A stretch of DNA of 63,456 nt, counting the filler, from Olpidium bornovanus S191 (taxonomy: Eukaryota; Fungi; Olpidiomycota), in the NCBI GenBank assembly GCA_017911155.1. It is 30 parts of 30 records of this genome, joined end to end, with 100 filler letters (N's around TTAATTAATTAA, not from the genome) between each part and the next. Parts side by side here need not be neighbours in the genome. Positions count along the whole stretch, not along the records: positions 57,617 to 58,705 come from JAEFCI010010281.1; positions 58,806 to 60,668 come from JAEFCI010008427.1; positions 60,769 to 61,816 come from JAEFCI010008305.1; positions 61,917 to 63,456 come from JAEFCI010011924.1; 26 more parts are not named here. One strand, written 5' to 3'. Positions 58,691-63,456 of this stretch are shown here, piece after piece (within the stretch, counting starts at the first letter, position 1; every line of letters starts with the position of its first letter). The position numbers and the translations under genes were made by a program. The notes beneath the pieces are model-generated. The model was not told the origin of the DNA and ran no database searches. It worked only from the letters and a program-made list of their open reading frames with translations.

Positions 58691-58805
58691 AAAAAAAAAA
58701 AACCCNNNNNNNNNNNNNNNNNNNNNNNNNNNNNNNNNNNNNNNNNNNNTTAATTAATTAANNNNNNNNNNNNNNNNNNNNNNNNNNNNNNNNNNNNNNN
58801 NNNNN

Positions 58806-59786
58806 CCCTTAACTTCCGGAACATCGTCGCCCTCTGCCGGGCGGCGAAGAAAGGTAACAGTTGGTTCCGCGGTGCACACTTGAATAACTTGCATATGAAC
58901 GAAAAACGTCCGCCCCCTTTTTTCTCCCTCCCTCCCCCGTTTCCAATTGAGAGCAATCTTTGATCTGTCCCAATAAAAACTCAAGGGGATCTTTTCTCTT
59001 CCGCCGGGCCCGTCCTTTCCCACTTCCTTTTCACGCGTTTGCGACCCAGCCAACTACGAGATCTGCAAGAACAACGAGATGGTCGCGCAGGTGTTCCTGC
59101 CGAAAACCGTGCACCGCCTGGGAAACTCGGTGACGGGGGTCGTCGACTTCGCGAACGGGGTGATACCGTGCTACCAGGTACGCGGGAACGCCGGGCGGTG
59201 GGGGAGAGGGGGGTGATGTCTCTCTCCCTCTTGCCGTTCGCGGACGGCGCCCGGACCCCCTTTGGAATATGGCGAGAGGCGGGTTTCGCCGATCTCCCCG
59301 GCGCGCGCGCACCGCACCGCACACCCCCCTCAAGAATCCGGCACCCGGCTTTTTCGTGACGCGCTCCCCTCTCCTCCCCTCTCCGTTCCCGGGGGGCGCG
59401 GCCCCGCTTCCGCGCGCCTTGAAAAAAAAAACAAAAGGTCTCCATAACCCTGGAATCGGTGGAGTCGGTCGAGTTCGCTTTCGCGAACCGGCGCAGGGAA
59501 GACGTCGAGCTGGCCACCAAGCGGGTGCACGCGCAGCGGCACGAGTTCTGCCTCAACACCCGGCGGACAAGCTTCGACTTGTTCATTCCTCCGGCCGCGA
59601 CGCCCGAGTTCAGGACCACCGCAGGTGCGTCGTTTTCGCGGAGGTTGGGGGAAAGGGGGCGGGGAGGAAGGTGGGAGGGAGTCGATCGCGATCGATCAGC
59701 GAGACTCCTCGAAGTGGTTGCCTTTTTCCCCAACGGGGCCGTTGAAATTTTCGGGGCCTCTGCTGACCGTTCCGATCACAATATTC

Positions 59787-59827
<41 letters not shown>

Positions 59828-60099
59828 TTCCCCCCCGCCCCTCCCCCCCCTCTCCTATTCACCGCACGCGGTAAGTGTCTTTGAAATGGTTCGTCCGCTT
59901 CGAGTTCCTCACCGGCTTGGGAGACCGGCCGTGGCTCCCGTCAACGTTCCACGGCGTACGCGCGTCACTGCACCGCATCGAGGACGCCGCGCCGGTCGTT
60001 GACATCGAGGCTTTCGACTGTCTCGTTCCGATCAAGGTGTTGCCAACGGACTTCGTGGAGGGAAAGAAGTACGCGGATTCGAAGATATTGGAGCTTTGA
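58806..60099 (+). CDS. RGP1: Rgp1 (Ric1-Rgp1 Ypt6/Rab6 GEF subunit), C-terminal part
   Basis: [86 protein letters not shown] and FDCLVPIKVLP. Confidence 0.88.
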
Positions 60100-60127
60100 T
60101 GGGACGTCTTTGGCTCCTGCTCGGCCG

Positions 60128-60165
<38 letters not shown>

Positions 60166-60862
60166 CCCCCCCCCCCCCCCTTCTTCCCCCCCTCCCTCCC
60201 TTTTTGGAGTTCGTCTCGTGGACCGAGACTGATCCCGGGCGTATAGCGAATGGCTGTGGAAGCGGAATCTTTTATGTAGCCCACGGTGAGATAAAAGTAT
60301 CCTAGGCTTCAGCCGACGAAGCGGAAGTCCAGGATGCTGCAACGACGGGTTAGTGTAGATAGTTATTGGAATTTGATGGTATAAAAAATATATGGCAAGC
60401 CGTCGCGCTCTACTGGTGCGCCAGCCGTGGTTAGCGGGTGAGGGGGGGCGCTTCCGCCGCGTTTTTCGCTTCGGCCGCCTCCAGCGCCTTGTACTCTTCC
60501 CTCAGGCGCTCGAGGCTCTCCACCGCGGCGTCAAAATCCGCCAACTCCATGTGACGGGTGTAATGGTGGACGTTCGCCTTTTTTTTTGGAGGACGTTTAA
60601 ACGAGCAAAAACGTCAGCGAAACCCGCGGCCAACTACCACCCCCCTTCTCCACACCCCACCCGCAAAGNNNNNNNNNNNNNNNNNNNNNNNNNNNNNNNN
60701 NNNNNNNNNNNNTTAATTAATTAANNNNNNNNNNNNNNNNNNNNNNNNNNNNNNNNNNNNNNNNNNNNCCTGATGGTCGGCTTTGCTTTCGCTTGGGCCC
60801 TGATGGACCTCCGCCGCTGATTCACCCTCCTAATCCTGTTGGTTGGCGGTCGGGGTTGTAAC

Positions 60863-61500
60863 TTATGAGCCTTCCCCGCACAGGTGGTCCAGGAGTGCGT
60901 AAAACTCCGGAAGCTCGCCCTCGGGCGGCGCGACTTCCCCGAACAGGAGCTGCGCAGGCGTGTAGGCGTTCTGATAGAACTCGTAGTTGGCGTCCGAGCG
61001 TTCGAGGATGACAATGCCTTCGAGGGAAATTCCTGTCGTTTGCGGAAATTCAACGGATGAGCTTTGAGCGCAACGGCGGGCGACACCAAGTCTGCGGGTG
61101 GATCGCGCGACGGAAGAAATGAAAACAGAACGCATAAAGAAATTTGCTGAGTGTTTCAATACCGGCAAAGAGCCCTTTCGTCCTGCTATAAGCGTAAACC
61201 GGCGGGGAGAGGCCGCCCTTGTGGACAGACGACAAAGCCTCCGCCTTCCGGCCCAGCGGTCCGGCCACGACTGGAATCGGCCGGCGTTCAAGTGGGCGGT
61301 GATGGCGGAACCGCGTCAGCATTACTGCCCCCAAACGCCGATCGCCTCCCCTCCGGACGGCCCCTGACGCTTTCCGGACCGGATAATGCACCGCAAAGTT
61401 GGACCTGTCCAGTCTGCGCAAAGTTCGCCACCGCGGTTTGCTTTACAAAAAAAGGGCGCAGCAATGTCAGCACGCTCTTCCCTGCGAACCGCCAATTCGG
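60863..61500 (-). CDS. Ysc84/SYLF actin-binding domain protein (YSC84/LSB3/SH3YL1 family), partial
   Basis: AVANFAQTGQVQL, VAGPLGRKAEA and VYAYSRTKGLFAGISLEGIVILERSDANYEFY...LLFGEVAPP. Confidence 0.85.
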
Positions 61501-62065
61501 CACGAGCTCACCCCAGATAAATTGCCCGCCCCGCGTACCGCGTTCAGAACGAGAACAATCTCGCTGACTTCGGCGCCCGCCTGCATCCCGAACCCGGATC
61601 CGGCGGTGCCGATCGCCGCGGGCGCCGACCATTCTTTGCGGTTGTCGCGGCACGGAAGATAAGCGATGGGGCACGCCTGAAAACCAGTTCGCGTACGCGG
61701 CGATTAAACACGCCGGCTTACTCACTTCCGTGCGGGAGCCTTAGTGAGAGGAGAGAAAAAAAAAAAAAAAAAAAAAAAAAAGGAAAAAAAAAAGGGGGGG
61801 GGGGGCCGCCGGGGGANNNNNNNNNNNNNNNNNNNNNNNNNNNNNNNNNNNNNNNNNNNNTTAATTAATTAANNNNNNNNNNNNNNNNNNNNNNNNNNNN
61901 NNNNNNNNNNNNNNNNAACATGTACTCAACCCAAAAAAAGAAAACAGAAGTGACGAAGAATATATGGGAGATAATCTAAACGTTGGTGCGGTCTAAAAGT
62001 GGTCTAAGCGGATTAGTTGGGGGTGAGGGAGAATGGTGAGGAAGCGAAGGGGAGGGGGGTGTGGT

Positions 62066-63139
62066 TTAAAGGTGGACGTGTGAGACGCTGAGATGCCTGG
62101 GATGCAGCGCCGGAAGCGACATGATGGGCGGCAGATCCAGGTGATTCCTCAGGCTCGGGAGCAGCGGGCTATTTCGGGCCGCGGAGGAGACCGGCGAGTC
62201 CGGGCGGAGTTTCGACGGCGACGGGGATTCCGAGGCGGACCTCGACGACGAAAAGGCGCGAGTCCGGCTGTCCATGTCGATGACCGCGGCGGCGGCGGCG
62301 GAGAGCACGTGCAGGGGCGTCAGGGGCTCCCGCTTGGACGCGGCGAGGTCCGCGGCGGCCGCCACGGCGAGGGACTGCAGCTTGTCGTCGCCCGGGCCTT
62401 CCCCGCCGCTCCCGCCCCTGCCGCCCGCCGGGCAGGGGGAGGAGGCGAACGGAGCGGAGCCCGGCGGGGAGGCGCGCGGCAAGGAGGTCGAGGGAGGGGA
62501 GGGCGGGCCGCGGTAGAGATCTGCCGGGGCGGGGGACGAAGGCGACGGGTGCCGCGGTTGGGACCAGGGTGCGGGGAGCGGTGGCGGCGACGGCAGCGGC
62601 GCGACGGGCAGGAAAGCGGACGGCGGCGGCGGGGTCGGCGGCGGCGGCAGCAGCAGGGATCCGACCGGAGGAGGGAGGGGACGGCGGCGGTGCTCGGGAG
62701 CGGAGGCGGCGGCTGCGTCTGTCCGCCTCGCGGCGGTCGCGGCGGCGACGGCGGGGTCTGGTGCGGTTGTTGCGGCGGCGGCGGGCGCGCGGCCTGCGGC
62801 GTCGACGGCGGGCCTCCGCGGGCGGCCGGGCTTGGAGTGTATTTTCACGTGGCGGGTGAGCTCGTCGGTGCGGCCGAAGCGCTTGCCGCAGCCGCGGAAG
62901 GTGCACTGGTGGGGGCGCTCGCCGGAGTGGGTCCTCATGTGCCTGGTCTGGTGCTCCAGCCTGCGGAAGCCCCTCGAGCACAGCGGGCACTTGTGTGGGC
63001 GGAGGTCGGCCTTCGACGACGACGACGACGACGCGGCGGGCGGCTGGTTCTGCTGCGGGCGCTGCTGGTGGTGCTGGTGCTGGTGGTGCTGCGGCGGGTG
63101 CTGCGGCTCGGGCGGCTGCGGGCGGTCCGCCGGAAACAT
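62066..63139 (-). CDS. creA: CreA/Mig1-family C2H2 zinc-finger carbon catabolite repressor
   Basis: [55 protein letters not shown], plus C-terminal [17 protein letters not shown]. Intronless 357-aa ORF. Confidence 0.88.
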   Translation of the reverse strand: MFPADRPQPPEPQHPPQHHQHQHHQQRPQQNQPPAASSSSSSKADLRPHKCPLCSRGFRRLEHQTRHMRTHSGERPHQCTFRGCGKRFGRTDELTRHVKIHSKPGRPRRPAVDAAGRAPAAAATTAPDPAVAAATAARRTDAAAASAPEHRRRPLPPPVGSLLLPPPPTPPPPSAFLPVAPLPSPPPLPAPWSQPRHPSPSSPAPADLYRGPPSPPSTSLPRASPPGSAPFASSPCPAGGRGGSGGEGPGDDKLQSLAVAAAADLAASKREPLTPLHVLSAAAAAVIDMDSRTRAFSSSRSASESPSPSKLRPDSPVSSAARNSPLLPSLRNHLDLPPIMSLPALHPRHLSVSHVHL

Positions 63140-63204
63140 TTTCGGGCGCGGGGCAGTAGAGCGGCTGGGGGCGAATCGTTCTTCCGGGCAAGGGAGACAG
63201 AGGT

Positions 63205-63233
63205 TTAGAGAGGAGAGCGAGAGAGAGCGAGAG

Positions 63234-63283
<50 letters not shown>

Positions 63284-63315
63284 GGAGATAGAGAGAGCGC
63301 GCGCGCGAGAGAGAA
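63205..63315. repeat. (GA)n/(TC)n microsatellite upstream of creA
   Basis: Directly visible GA tract about 70-170 bp 5' of the creA ATG. Confidence 0.9.
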
Positions 63316-63456
63316 AGAGAGCGCGTGGTGCGGCGTTCGAGGCGGCGGGGGGGTGGCGGTTTTTTTTTTTTTTTTTCCTTTTCTTTTTGCGCCCACGGCC
63401 GGCGGGCGGAGAAAGCGGCCGTTTTTCCGGGTGTGTGCGGCGGCGGAGGCGTGCGG

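Noticed and set aside
58806-58823. CCTTAAC...AC as a U12 branch point and acceptor at the start of the RGP1 contig
   Set aside because: The same bases read through as plausible in-frame Rgp1 coding sequence (LNFRNIVALCRAAKK), and the upstream donor is off-contig.

Overview
This window is not one genomic locus. It is 30 short eukaryotic contigs (about 1-4 kb each) joined by 29 identical artificial 100-nt spacers (44 N + TTAATTAATTAA + 44 N), so nothing can be inferred from adjacency across spacers. The DNA is GC-rich, rich in short GT-AG introns, and full of homopolymer and microsatellite tracts. It is fungal: it carries a CreA/Mig1 zinc finger, an FLC/TRP-like channel and a Ysc84-domain protein. 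It also carries genes typical of non-Dikarya opisthokonts (ZFPL1, CENATAC/CCDC84, a probable SYCP3/Cor1 protein, a possible PrimPol-like AEP), which points to an early-diverging fungus. Olpidium-like is only my guess. Spliced genes reconstructed by hand: ARL1, a molybdate transporter, NOP14, an NDUFA4/B12D-like microprotein, ZFPL1, EFL1/RIA1, a histidine acid phosphatase, CENATAC, SIN3, a SYCP3-like protein, pantothenate kinase, an RRM/YTH-type protein, a TRP-like channel, IWR1, RGP1, YSC84-like and creA. There are also several decayed Ty1/copia and Ty3/gypsy fragments, two with half-tRNA(iMet) primer sites. No rRNA, tRNA or CRISPR array was found. I see no multi-gene novel system. The best leads are the minor-spliceosome factor CENATAC, a hidden 7-exon SYCP3-like gene, a divergent spliced PrimPol-like gene, a repeat family shared by two contigs with conserved mini-intron signals, a tandemly duplicated symmetric exon, and a Cys-repeat protein. 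Family assignments rest on remembered motifs; no database search was run.
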